Assembly (NCBI RefSeq): GCF_006345805.1
Contig: NC_042997.1
Location: 17,360,001-17,424,000, forward strand
Source of the DNA: Octopus sinensis
Taxonomy: Eukaryota
DNA: 64,000 bases
Direction: 5' to 3'
The notes below the pieces were generated by a model. The model ran no database searches and was not told the origin of the DNA. It saw only the letters and a list, made by a program, of their open reading frames with translations. The translations under genes and the position numbers were made by a program. Shown piece after piece: positions 38,191 to 52,700 of this stretch. Every line of letters begins with the position of its first letter. The stretch's first letter is position 1.

Positions 38191-40244
38191 TCCTGCCTAC
38201 AAAATACAATCAAAACTAAAACATGTATAACATACAATACAAAATAATAGGAAATCTACAGCAAAAAGAAGAATAAGAAGAAATAAGAAACAAAACAACT
38301 GTTGCTCCAAGAGCACAATTAGAACAACAACAGCCATGAATGCCATAAAAAATATAAACAATAACAACAAGGAAGCTAGTAAAAATGAGAAGAGGGGGAA
38401 AAAAAACACACACTTAAAAGTAAGGATTTTATCTTGGGACCTCGAATGCTATGCAGCACTTTGCTGGTTCATTCTATGAATAATCTATGTTCTGGCATTA
38501 AGGCTATTAGTTACAGCAACAGTTCTTGCAACTACTCTTACCTTTTAAATCTACTCCTCCCAACTCTACTTAAAAATCCTTCACAAACATCCTAAACCCT
38601 TTCTCCACACCACCACCTAGTTGTCTCTGCACCTTTTCTTTCCTCTTCTTTGCATCTATTTTTCATAACCCTCTTCCCATGTACAAACACCACTACTACT
38701 ATTGCACAACTAACAATACTACCACTACAACTATTCTCCTTCATCCCTCTTCACCCACATTTCACTTGTTTTCTTCCTCCACTTTCACTCTCCCTCCCCT
38801 TTGCCTTTCCATCATTTTACCTCAGTCTTTTAAGCCGGAAGATGGTGCATAGCTACGGAAACAGCAGTTAAAAGCTGCATTATGTTAGAGAAAGGTTCCT
38901 TTAATGTTTTTTTTACCTCGTTTTCTATTATTATTATTATTATTATTATTACTATTATTATGATTATTATTATTATTATTATATTAGTAAATCTATTTCA
39001 CGTTTTATTTATTTCATTTAAGTTTCATTAATGATTTTCTTTCTTTGTGTCTTTTATCTACTTCATTTACCAAGTTATTTTACTTGTTTATTCATGTATG
39101 TATGCATGCATAAATATATATGTACATAGACATACATACACACACAAGGCACATATATATACATATACATACACACATACAAACATGGAGATATATATGT
39201 ATGTGTCTTTGTGTATCTATTTGTATATTTATATATCCTAGTTATTTGATAAGTTTATCAAATTGTACATTTGTTGCTATACTGTCACTACTACCATCAC
39301 CACCATTATCCCCGCCTTCTATAAAAGTAAATAAACAAGAACCCCAAAACACAAGACAAGATACAAATGTGTGCGCATACATATATACACACTCACATGC
39401 ACATATATACTGGTATACATGTATGTGAGTGTGTGTATGTGAGTATCTATGTATGTTCATATGTAACTATGTATATATAAATGTGCATGCATATGAATAC
39501 ATGCACTTACACACATAATATTGAGCTTAAAGTAAATATTAAGATATTATAGGGATCAATAAACTATAGTGAACAGACAAGAAGAACCAGAATATCACCT
39601 ATATTTAAAATGATAAGAATTTTGCCATATTGCGACAAATAAATTGAGAAGAAATATAATTAAGAAAAAGTCAAAGAAAACAATAAGAAAAAGAAAACCT
39701 ATTGTAGAAAATTAGTTTTGCATTGATTATTATTAGAAATATGAAATTGAAAGAGAGTGAATGAGAAGAGAAAGTGAGAGTGAGAGAGAGAGCAAAGAAA
39801 GGAGAGAGAGGGATTGGATCATACTTAGGTATTTGCTATGAGACAGTTGTTAGCTTATGCTTTTGCTCAATTTTCTCTTTTGTTATCATGATGATAATGA
39901 TGGTTTATTATCATTATTATTATTAGAATTATTATTATTATTATCATCATCATCATCATCATTAGTATTATTGATTTTATATTTTCAAAATTTTGTTGTT
40001 GCTGCTGTTGTTGATAATATTATTATTGTCATTTTGTGCTTAATCCTATAAATCTTTATTGAGGCATTATTTTTGAAACAGTTAAGACTTTTGCTCTTTC
40101 TCTGTGTGTCTGCCTATCTGTCTGACTATCTATCTATATGCCTGCCTATCTTTCTACCTATCTGTCTACTTTGTATTTCTGAAGCACAGAAATAAAGAAA
40201 TTAGATGCATGCATGTGCGCGTGCGTGCACACACACACACGGAC

Positions 40245-40291
<47 letters not shown>

Positions 40292-41396
40292 TAACTGTGG
40301 GTATATGGTTGTGTATATGTGAGCAAATACATGCATGTAAGTGTGTATATAGAAACATATATGTTATTTATTGACAATAATATTGTTATCAGCATTATCA
40401 TTCTCATTTCATTGATGGGTATTATGTATAATTTTAGGGCTCAGCCGTTTTTAGTCTTTGCACAAAATATAAATTCAATAAATCCATCAGTCTATCTTTG
40501 CTCTTATATATTGTTAAGAATCTACATAAAATATAGATGAAGTTCAATGAAATATAGCTTCATTATTTGGAAAGATTTGAACTCGTTAATCAATGCCCAT
40601 TCATTAGAACTTTCTGTAAATAGTAAAAAGAATGAAAATGGGCAAAAATAACCAACCAAAAATCTAAAAAGAGAATACTACATGAAAACGTACAGTTTTT
40701 AAAATACACTTTGATTATTAAGAGTCCAATTCAATGGGATTGAAGACTTTTAATTCAATTATACAGTTAATATCACTGCCATATTTGCCGTGAATAACTA
40801 ACTCTCTTCTGAGAAATAAAAATGAAAACAAAACACAAAAACACAACGAAAGTGAATAATATTTCCGAAAAATCAATTTTATCATTAGATAGAATTTCTT
40901 GTGATTTAATCCTCAAACTCTCAAAATATTAGTAAGGTTTATCTTCATAATTGTCTACTTTTGTTAGTAATGAAAAATCTGTTTTAAAAAATCATATCTA
41001 TAGACTTGATATATTACTCATAGTGCTAAGTTCAAATTCAATAGAAAAATAAAAAATTTTTGAACACTACTCTTTAGTAGGAAGTTAATTGTTTGCTAAA
41101 GTTATTCCATGTTATTTGGTTGGAGAATTAAGAAGATTTCTTCTTTACTGCAATTTACAATTTCATTCTAACCATTATTCACATACATATATGTGAATTC
41201 CAGTTTAAATGACTAGGAATACAAGATTCTCTACATGTACTCATTTTCAGCAAAAGTGCCACTCACTCCAAGAATTGAACTCATGGCCTAACTATTCATG
41301 TACAAAGGAGACCAGTAGAATAAGTACCAGGCTTAAAAAGAAAAATGAGTACTGGAGTTGATTTGTTTGACTAAACTTTTCAAGGCAGTGCTTCAT

Positions 41397-41872
41397 CTCG
41401 TTTATCATTTACTTGCTCCAGTCAATGGACTGCAACCATGCTGGAGCACTGCCTTGAAGAATTTAGTCAAACAAATCAATTCCAGTACTTTTTTTCTTTT
41501 TAAGCCTGGTACTTTTACTGTTCTCTTTTGCTGAACCATTAAGTTTCAGGAATGTAATCAAACCAACAATGGTTGTCAAGCAGTGATGGGGGACATGCAC
41601 ATACTCAGACAAACACATGCATACATATACACAGACAAACACATGCATACATGTATACATGCATACATATACACACATACATACATACATTCATACATAC
41701 ATACTTATACATACAATGGGCTTCTTTTGGTTTCTGCCTACCAAATCCACATATAAAGCTTTGGTTAGCCTGGGGCTATTGTGAAAGACACTTACCCAAG
41801 GTGCCACACTGTAGGACTGAATCTGGAATGATTTAGTTAAGAGCAAACTTCTTACCACACAGTCATGCCTAC
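41397..41872 (-). mobile_element. SINE family A copy
   Basis: Colinear in reverse with 8203-8668; central (ATAC)n-type microsatellite. Confidence 0.85.
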
Positions 41873-44800
41873 ACCACATTCATGTGCACGTGCGCGCACA
41901 CACACAAATATATATTTGGGAGAGAGGTCTAGAGTATAATATATGTAAATATTGTGTATATATCTGTATATAAGAGTGTGTGTGTGTGAAAGAGAGAGAG
42001 AGAGTGAGAGCATAAGATGAATAAGAAAATAGCAAACAATACCAGCAGAGTGCAAAACACTTACTTAATGAGACTACACACATTTCTATGTGCATATGTA
42101 CACACATGTATAGATAAATTTATCACTCTTATTCACCAGAAAATATCTATGAATTTATGAAAATCTGTCAGATTAAAAAAAATATTAAAATTATTTTTAT
42201 ATAAATATATGTTTTAAATATTAAAAAATAGATATACACAGTATAAATAATATATATTTATTTGTTTAGTCCACTAAAAAAAGAAAGAAGAGAACTGGAA
42301 AATTGATTTTAAAACAATCTCAATTTGAATTAGAATTCATTTTGGCAGAAGATTTCTTCAGAGAATAGTTGTACTTGGTGTTTAGCAAGTTACACAGCTG
42401 TATTTGACTGGCTAAAGCATTTGTTTGCATTCACTTATGAAGAACTGACCAAAAGACAATAAATAAGTAACTTATGGCAGAGAACAAACATATGCAGCAA
42501 CTGATTTTCATAATTTTTCAATTACTATTCGAAATGGAATATCCTGATATTTTATTAAAATTCTGTAAAAGTAGTGTTATGCTACTTTCCATTGTTTGGA
42601 AAATATCATTATTTTCTAATCCATCAAACTTATTATGGTGACAGACACTTTTCCTCTACTACTACTGAAGCTTTGGTACAGTCTTTGTACTCATTTCTTC
42701 TCACTCCAACCAGGAGAACAAAAGTAAAGGAGGAAAAAGGAAAAAAATGTATATTTCAGGGCAAAATGGAATGCTTGCTACTATTTTCAACAAAGAATGA
42801 GTATGTGTGTGGCACAACACCTTTTCTCCTATATTGAAAAGGAAATCCATGGCCATAATTAACATTTACTGAAAAGAATGGCTGAATGAAGGCCAGAATT
42901 TCATTCTGTTCTTATTGACCAATAAATCACAAGATTTCCTTTCTGTCCACTACATTCTTTTTTACTGCCAATTCTATTTAGTTTGTTCCATAAGGTCATT
43001 CATTCACAATTGCAGGTTAATTTCATTTTATGCACAATGTTCTCCCACCCTCAGTTTTCCATTAAGACAATTAAAAACACATAAGAAAAAAGTGGGGGAA
43101 TGAAATGAAAGGTCTAGCAGGCCAATGAACTTTGTATGCCCTCTTCTGTCCCCCCACTGATGAAACAGATAGGTCATAGCTGCTCCCTTGAGAACATAAG
43201 CTATTGTTAAGTTCCACTCAAGCTTATTGCCAGGGACATTATAAAAAGCTGATCAGCAGACTATGTTGAAAAGATCTTGACAACTTTATATGGAATCTCT
43301 TAATTTGATAATAAAGTCAAAAAAGTTTTGTAACAAAGGAGACTAGCTTGGTTAAGTGTGTTTGAGTTTTGGTTAATATTGACTTACTAAGAAAACATCC
43401 AGGACATACATTGGTAAATCAAACAAAACATAACAGATATAACTAAACCTTAATAAGTTGTTGTTACTGTTACTGCTCATATTTGTTTTCATTTTTTTTT
43501 TCTTCCTCTCATCATTGTCAGTTTTCATTTTAAGGGAGTGGTTGTTGCTACTGCTGTTTCTCATTGCAGTTCATGTTTTTATTGTAGTGGAGTTTACTGT
43601 AGTTCTAAAATTGGTTGCCAATTCTTATTTACTTTGATTAACAAAAACTGAAATAACATCAAAAACAACAATGACAACAACAAAAATACATGTACATGTT
43701 GTTGCTAGAAATGAGTGTTAAACTCTCCTCTACATTCTCATCTCCTTGTAGCTCTTGTTAGATTACACTGAAGTAACTAAAGTCAATGAATTTTAAACTA
43801 GCAAAACTCTTGTGATGACAAGTAAATTGCAATATTTTTTAATCCTTTAATTCTGTTAACTGTTTTTCTCTTCAAATTTTTATAATTCTTTAAAGATATT
43901 TATTTATTTATTTCAATATTATTTACTTATATTCTTTTAATTCATTTATCTTGATAGATATTTTTAAAACTCTGTTTACTCATTTATGTCTATATGGGAA
44001 GGCCTAGTGATTTTTCTTCACTAGTGTGAGATTAGATTTTGAATGATAGTTTACACTACCTAAAGTGCTGCAGGCAGTGTTAAAATAAAATAAGGAGGAT
44101 ATGATTTTGAAGGGTAAAACCTATATGGTATGAACAATCGTTGATTTCTGTTGCAAGGCACAACCTCAGTATATAGAGAAATGGGCATGACTGATTAAAT
44201 TAAAGCAGTATATTACAGATACTCTATTGGTCTCAGAAGAATGAGAAAACGAAATAAATTTGTTAAAAGATTTAATCTATCTCCACAAACACTACCTTAA
44301 ATCTTTTGATACAACACATTGGCCAACTTTGAAGGAAATGGGATATAGTTGAATGAAACTGATTATAGTGGTGATATGTATATGTGTTTTAATGTGTATG
44401 GGTATACATACATACATATATATATATATACACATATATATATATACACACACACACAGACATATATATATATACATATACACACACACATATATATACA
44501 CACATATACACCACATATACATACACACACACACACATATAAATATATATATATATGCACATCATTGCCAGGACTGCTGACTGGCCCTCATGCTGGTGGT
44601 ACATAAACAAGCACCCTTTGAGCATGATTGTTGCAAGGCACAACTTCATAAATGTGTCAATATAAAAAATATGAATATATATATAATAAATCTACAGATA
44701 ATCCAAAGGCTATACAAATATATACAAATACTTCTTGGTTTCATAGAATAATCAGTGCCTGATAAATGTACTTGTCATGTAAGTGAAACTATTAGTAGCG

Positions 44801-44921
44801 CCTGTAATACGTGTGGAGTGAAACACATACATTAATATTGGACTCTCATTAGAGTCTTCAGTCAAACCATCCACCCCATGCCAGCTTGGAAAATGGATGT
44901 TAAACGATGATATGTACATAG

Positions 44922-44958
<37 letters not shown>

Positions 44959-45113
44959 CACACACACATACATATGCTCCATATATGTATATATAAACAT
45001 AAGTCTATATATATATACACACGTAGTTCTTTTATTTTATCCTTTTACTGGTTCCAGTTATTTTGACTGCAGCCATGCTGGAGCACCATTCATATATATA
45101 TATATTAATAAAT

Positions 45114-45156
<43 letters not shown>

Positions 45157-45751
45157 ACATACATGTAGAGAAAGAGAGAGGGCAACAGAAAGAGATGTCT
45201 GCCATGCATGTACTACTTTTGGTGTGTGTATCTGTGTCACAAAGTACACTGACTTACGGCTGTATTTTTATATGTCTATGTATACAATTGTGTTAATGTG
45301 CATTTAAGTATGTAAAAATGTATACTTATATATTTGCATTGATGTATGTAGGCATGACTAAATATATGCCAGTGTGTGTATAAGACTGACCCACTAATGC
45401 ATTACATAATATTAAATTAGGGTGAAAAGTGAGATTATTTTCATTCTATAAGTAGCATTTACATGACATAAGTAGAATTTAAGTTAGGAATGGATCCATA
45501 AAGGTTCCGCTTAACACCAGAATGTATATCTAACCATTATGGCTTATACATAGAATATATGTAATATATATTCATTGTAATATTAGGAACTCAAAAAGGT
45601 TACTCATATTCTTGAGTAAATGGTACTAGCACATCTTGTATATAGGGTAAGTTGTTAGAGTGGTGACCACATTTAACTGTCATACATTCATAATAATGTA
45701 GTCACTAAATGATAATAAGACAATGATGATGGCAACAAATGATAATGATAA

Positions 45752-46585
45752 TCTTTTCTACTATAGGCACAAGGCCAGAAATTTGGGGTGGGAAACAGTT
45801 GATTACATCGACCCCAGTACTCAACTGCTACTTACTTCATTGACCCTGAAAGGATGAAAGGCAAAGTTAACCTCAACAGAATTTGAACCCAGAATGTAAA
45901 GACAGACGAAATGCTGCTATTCAAATTTTGGCACAAGACCAGTAAGTTCATGGGAAAGGATGAGTTGATTACATTAACCCCAGTGCTTAACTGGTACTTA
46001 TTTTATTGACCCTGAAAAGATGAAAGGCAAAGTCAACCTTGGCAGAATTTGAAATCAGAATGTAAAGATGGATGAAATGCTGCTAAGCATTTTTCCTGGT
46101 ATGCCAACGATTCTGTCAGCTCACTGCATTAATAATGATGATGATGATGATAATAATAATTATTTCTATTAAAAGCACAAGGCCTGAAATGTGGGCGAGT
46201 GGGTAAGTTGATTACATCGGCCCAGTACTCAACTCGTACTTATTTTATTGACCTCTGCGGAATTTGAACTCAGAACGTAAAGATGGACAAAATACTGCTA
46301 AGGATTTTGCCCACCCTGCTGATGATTCTGCCAACTCGCTGCCTTGGAATAATAATAATAATAACAATGATTTCAAATTTTGCAAAACTCTAGCAATTTC
46401 AGGGCAGTGGGTAAATCGATTACATTGACCCCAGTGCTCAACTAGTACTTATATTATTAACCCCAAAAGGATTAAAAAAATGCAAAGTTGACCTTGGTGG
46501 AATTTGAACTCAGTCTGTAAAGATGGATGAAATGCCACTCGTCATTTTGTCCAGTGTACTAGTAGTCCTGTCAGCTCAACACTTT
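45752..46585 (-). mobile_element. Four head-to-tail SINE family B copies
   Basis: Units at ~45752-45919, 45920-46130, 46160-46348 and 46371-46585 each carry gattacat..accccagt.ctcaact..tactta, gaatttgaa.tcagaa.gtaaaga; separated by AAT/GAT runs. Confidence 0.85.
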
Positions 46586-46629
46586 AATAATAATAATAAT
46601 AATAATAATAATGATGATGATGATGATGA

Positions 46630-46900
46630 GACTATCTGGAAACATAATTTCAGCAATAAACTTATGCACAGAGAGAATGTTTGATATGGCGATGGAATTC
46701 TGAAGTGGACAGGGAATGAGCTAAAAGTTGGACAAAAAAGCTTCTAACCATGCATGGAACCCATCACTCACATGCAGATGTCTATATATGAAGAAAGCAA
46801 ATGGAGGAAAGAGACTGATAAGTAGGAGGATTGCAAGCATATTTGGCATCGTAACTTGCTGAGATGTCTAACCCAAAGTGAGGAAACTATGCTAGTGGTA
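46630..46900 (+). mobile_element. R4/Dong-like LINE fragment, C-terminal RT region
   Basis: YGDGILKWTGNELK ... KLLTMHGTHHSHADV ... YMKKANGGKRLIS*EDC across frameshifts, matching the W-T-xx-EL...HPxAxVxRLY...GGRGL signature. Confidence 0.85.
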
Positions 46901-47056
46901 AAAGCAGGGAAAAAGAAAAGAACAAAAACAAAAAGTACTAAGAGGATATGAAGAAGTCCTAGTATCAAAAGATATATGATGTATGTGTTCAGCTTTTGCT
47001 GAATGACCAACAAAAATCCTATACTTATAGTGATCAAATATATGTTCTGTACCTTA

Positions 47057-47248
47057 GCTTGCTCTCGCCATCAAATTGATATTTCCTGAATAGGTGCATG
47101 GTGTACCTCATGTCAGGTGTCGAAGTGATTGCAGAGCAACATGAAGTGAAGTGTTTTGCTCAAGAATGCAATGCATCCCCCAGTCTAGGAATTGAAACTA
47201 TGATCTTACGATCATGAGTGCAACATCCTTGTCACTAGGCTATACACC
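47057..47248 (-). mobile_element. Older tRNA-headed SINE related in its head to family E
   Basis: Minus-strand tagcctagtgacaagg...gatcatagtttcaattcctagactggg. Confidence 0.55.
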
Positions 47249-49651
47249 AGCAATTTTTAGGGTAGATGGTTGTTGATACCATCGACCCTGTACATAACTG
47301 ACTGATATTTTATCAATCATAGAAGGATAAAAGGCAAAGTTGACTTTGGCAGGATTTGAACCCATAAAGCTCAAGGTTTGACATTTGGGACTGGAGGATT
47401 GTTGATTAAATTTATACCAGTATTTGACTGACACTTATCTTAATGATTCTAGAAGGATGACAAGCAAAGTTAAGTTAACACTGGTGTAATTTGAGCTGAG
47501 AAAACAACTATGATAATTTTTTTATCGATATATTTACAATGATAAAACTGCTTTCGTTTCATGGAAGATTGGAAACATATGTTTGTATGATAGTGTCACT
47601 CTTTTACATCTATCACATGATGCCAAGTCAAGAGAAGAAACACACAGATATACAGGCATGCATGCACCCACCCACTCAACCTACCTACCTACCTTTCTGT
47701 CTGACTATCTATGGATTATATATGTATTATATATACTATATACACACACACACACATGATGAATTTTTTTTCAGTTTCTGTCTATCAAATCCATTCAAAA
47801 AGCTTTTGTCAGATTAACACTATAGTAGAAGACACTTGCCTACCATGCTACACAATGGGATTGAATCCAGACCCACATGGTTTGGAACCAAACTCTGTGG
47901 TAATATAAGAGAATGAGGTATGCAAATGTATTGTGATTAAGAAAATAGCTGACCGAATATTGATTGATTAAAGAGTCTTTCACTTTAGGATTTTACATGC
48001 ATTTCCTTCCTCTGAGGAGTGTCCAACATTTTGCATTAACATGGGATAGTTGCAGTCGATGTTGGCTAATTATAGAACTATAACTAGATGTCTAAAGCAT
48101 TGTTTTCATTCACTTGTGAAGAAAGAACTAAAACACGATAAACAAGTAACTAATAGCTGAGAAGAAACATTTGTTGCAATTAGTAACAGTACTTTATCAC
48201 TATAGAAAGTAGATTTTTAGTCTGATGTTTTATAAAAATTCTTTATAATAGAGTTATGCCAGTTTATCACAGATTTTGATCTTGGGTATATTTGAACTCC
48301 CAACATTTGTCAGCCATACAAAATATTCTTTTACATAAACTGGCAACCTGTACCTGCTTTAATTAATTATCGATAGGTATATCTATTCATTTTCAGTTTG
48401 GTATCTTCATGTGGGATCAATGTTTGTCACAGAATTTGGAGGGCCTATGAAGGCCCATAGAAAAAGCCTTTTCCTTTACTCCAAACAATTACAAGAAACC
48501 AGTAAAAAAGGGTCACAAAAGTGGTACAAAAAAATCACTTTCCATTTTAAAACTTAAACAACATTCTAATGATAATCTATTATCATTTTATTACAAGCCC
48601 CAAATACTCAAAAACTAAAGAATGCTACTCAACAGGAAATTACAACACAAAATTACAACTAGAAAGGGTTTCATGCTATAGTAATGAAAATGGATGGCAT
48701 CTGCAGGATGTTGTATTCTACATTTCAGAAAATTTCTATAAGATTTTATTTTAAAAAATTGTTCAGGTTTTAAAATTTAAAATAACTTTTGTACTATCCA
48801 ATAGTAGCAGTGAGGGGCTATTAACTATTGACTATTTACATTGGCAGGCTTTTATTTGTGAAACAGTAGCAGCTGGGTATCTATAGCATACACAATTCTT
48901 CTTTTGAAGTTAAAGATTCTCAGGTAGAAACTTAACAGTCCAATAATTTCATGTACATTATGGTGGGGATAGCAGAGCAGCACAAAGTAAATATCTGTCT
49001 TTACTTTAGGCAAAAATATTGAGGAAATTTTTATATGGAATCATTTATCCACATATGTATATAAATTTTTGAGAAAACTTTAAAATTATTTTTTTTATTA
49101 TTCCATCAAATTCTAGAAACATTTTACTTTGATCTTTTTGAAGGGAAATTTAATTAAAGGAAGCAAAAAGCTATGTTGTTTTTAAACTATGAGTGTTATA
49201 AGTCATTCAAATATATAGTTTTGTAATTTGATAAATCTATACTTTTGAGTTGATTCAAATTAGAAAGAATAGTATTGACAAGTCCACCCAATAACAATAC
49301 CAACACCACAGTTAACAAAAATAGAAGGAAAAACAGACACAACAAGAACAAAATAACAGGAGCATCAAAAATAGAAAATTTGTAAGTATAAATCCTTAAA
49401 AGTGAACCAAATGTTTCAAGTATTACGTAGGAATTGTCATATGTTAGGATTCATGAAAATTTAAAGCCATGAAGGCATAAAAGTTGTTGGTGAAAAAATA
49501 AATAGCCTTTGATATAATTATGAATGTTCTGTGATTCTGGATTCAATTCTAGGAACCTAATTTTTTTTTTTAAATCACTAAAAAAGAAAATAATGCAAAA
49601 CAAAAGAGAATAATAAAAGTGTAAAAAATCCTGTGATATTTCATATATCAC

Positions 49652-49783
49652 TTATCAGATAAAAAGGAATGAATAGTAATGTGATCAATACTGATTTGAT
49701 TGGTGCAGTATTGTTCTGAGAGTTGTGCCTATTGTGACCAAACTGTTGAATCAATACTGTAGAGATTGCTTGCACCTTGAGTG
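49652..49783 (-). CDS. Unverified candidate internal exon (LKVQAISTVLIQQFGHNRHNSQNNTAPIKSVLITLLFIPFYLI)
   Basis: ~45-nt pyrimidine tract ending ccttag; 132 nt, phase 1 to phase 1, open; donor AA|gtgata only moderate. Confidence 0.22.
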
Positions 49784-52700
49784 CTAAGGATAAAATAAAT
49801 ATGAAGAGAAAAACGGAGACAAAAACAAGAGGAATTGATTGAAGTTTCACAAAGCAGTATTAATGTGTAGTTATAGATCACTCATATTTTTTTCTGTCAC
49901 TCTCTCTTTTCTTTCTCAGCATTCTCTCTGTATCGAAGTATGCTTTATAATAATGTCATTGCTTTGTGTTATACTCAGCACAAATTAATGTATATGGAAG
50001 ACAACAATTTTGAAAATAATGGTGTCGCTGCAGCTGAGGTTGCACAAAGCATCTAAAAATCAGAAATTCACTTCATAGAACATAAAATTGTCTCTTACTA
50101 TTTATGACTTTACACATTAAAAAACATTTCTGTAATCACTGTCTGTTTCTCATCTTAAATGTTCAATTTAAAATGTGCCAGCCATATTTTTTCTATTTTT
50201 TTTTCTAATTTAATAAAAGACAAAATGCGATAAATCTTTGAAGGCATGAATATTTGCTTCTAAAATCATTATTCCCAAACATTTCTGCAGCCAGTTTGAT
50301 TGGGTCTTGCATCTTTTCCGATGAACCAAACATTTTTCATTTCCTAAAACAATTTCTATTAAGAGGATTTGTCATGCACGAATTATATACTCTTATTAAA
50401 GGAGATAGAATTTTGTAAAATCAAAAGTGAGATAATATACACGTACAAACAAATACATATGCAGGTTCACACAAAAGCTAGCATATATATCTTGTATATA
50501 TACATTTATATTTATATTGGTGCTTAAAACAATAAGTATATAAGCTTGCCTTTCTTTCAATGCATTCAATATTTTACAGATGGTTGAGAGGAAATATTTC
50601 AATGCAAATTTTATCAAATATAATGACAGAAATCTAAGAATATTTCAACTACTTTTCAAAAGATAATTGGCAGATGTCACGTAAGAACTGTTCACAAATA
50701 GATGTAAAATTAAACAATATTTTATACATAATATCATGGAAAGTAGACAAATTGCTTTTATTGAAATGATTTCTATATTATTCTAAATTGAAATCCTGAA
50801 AATTGTTATATGCTATAGGATTTGATATCTTATCCCACCTGGAACAGTAATTTCTATGATATTTTTGGTGTTTCACATATATACATGTTGCTAATAATTA
50901 TATGTAGAATAACGGTCCTTATAATATTCCATTAGTTTAATGGATAATTGCATTAATACAATTATTCTTTAGTTTATTTCATAAATAGAAGCATGGGTAT
51001 ATAAATGTTCTCTTTCAGCACCCATAAAATATTAATAGAAAAATGTGATTGACTGATATCTAAAATTTTCTGCACATCCTTCAATTTTCAAATTGTTGAT
51101 TAATTTGAAGAATTTCAAAAGATAGAAGTATGGAAAAAACTGACTGGGTAAAAGTATTTAGTGCCATGTCTGTGAGGTAAAACACTAGGAATAATAAGAA
51201 ATGCAAACATTTCATGAACTCAGAGATGGGATATGCAACTTCCTTGTTCAGAAGAGCTAAGGTGATTGTGGTAACAGTTGGTATAAGTGGAGAACAAATA
51301 AGACACCCATAAAAGTGGACGTATTATATTGGTGAGTGGATCTTTGTCAGTTTGCTGAATTGCCTTTTTCTAGATGTTTTCTAAGTTGTTTCTGTGCACA
51401 AAAGCAACATCATTTCAGATTTTTAAACAATATTCCATTGCACCCTAAATTAGCACAAAACTCTTTCATTGATGCATAAGGTAACTGTCTTTATGCTGTC
51501 TAAGAATTGTTTTCAAGATTTCTGTTTATGGAAGCAATACCTGTTTATGAGAGCTTCAAGGTTTTGTGAAATACTAAAAAAATGTAAAATTATCCACGTA
51601 TGATCATACATAGTTTGAACTCACAACAAATAAATCCTTAATATCCAACTGAATGAGTGTAAGGAATGTAACAACATCTATAAACACACTAGAGTTGCAA
51701 GAGTATTGATAAGAGAAATTAAGCTGTTTGGTCAGAAACCACATTGGGAAGAGATTAGGGATAAATGGAGAATCTAGAAGGGAACAACTTTGTGGGCTTT
51801 GATGCCAAAAGCTCAGTTGATGTTGGGAGTTGCCAAAAATCTCTACAATCAAACTCATTGCTGTGTAGTATAGAGGATTAAATCTGATAGATCGAACTCA
51901 AAAGAAACCATACAACTGAACACAGGAAACTGGAGCAAGCTCAAAGTTGTGAATCTGATAGTTGTCTATAAGTGCTTCCATCATCCTTGAAGGGAGGACA
52001 ATAGGACAGAAATCTAGAATTGACTGCATCAAAAAGTTTTTCCATGAATTTGATTTTTATCTTAAATATACAAATTAATTCATTAAAGCAAAAAAAAAAA
52101 AAAGTAAAGATTAATGGACGAATACAAAAATTTAGTACATTAAGTGTTTGATAGATGTGGCTACTAATTACATTAAATATGCATAAAGATGCGTCAATTT
52201 TAGTATCAAAATCTTACACTGTTTGCCATTGTTAACCTTGCTAAAAAAGATATATGCATGTGCTCATTGCATGCAAATCTTCATGAATGTATTTGGTTTG
52301 GGGCACATCCTTGTATATACATGTTTGTGTGTAAATGTATATCTATGTATATATTTATAATTGTACATGTATGTGTCTTTATCTGTGTGTGTACATGAAT
52401 ATATTTTTATATTAAATGTGTGGGAGGAGCATGTGCTTGGATATTTTCAAAGTGAATTTCAATTACTTGTGTGTGAGTAAATCAGAATACCATAAAAACT
52501 GGTTGCTTTTCTTGTTATGATTGTAACATTAGACATTTGTGAAAAAAATTTAAAAAAACCTAGGCAAAAATTTCCTGTAATTTAGAAGTGTAACTGAAGG
52601 ACAATTAGTATTAATTAGCTTCTTCTAAGTCAGTAATTAATTTTTTCTCAAGAAATGAATTTTCTTGTGTTTGGTTAAAATGTACTGCAAAACTAATCAT

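Noticed and set aside
42349-42800. Plus-strand candidates KISSENSCTWCLASYTAVFDWLKHLFAFTYEELTKRQ* and a 41-nt exon at 42760-42800
   Set aside because: Weak or purine-rich acceptor context and no recognisable homology; within chance expectation.
48397-48560. 53-codon plus-strand frame after ttttcag (WYLHVGSMFVTEFGGPMKAHRK...)
   Set aside because: No convincing donor, A-run-driven lysine bias in the second half, and no homology recognised.
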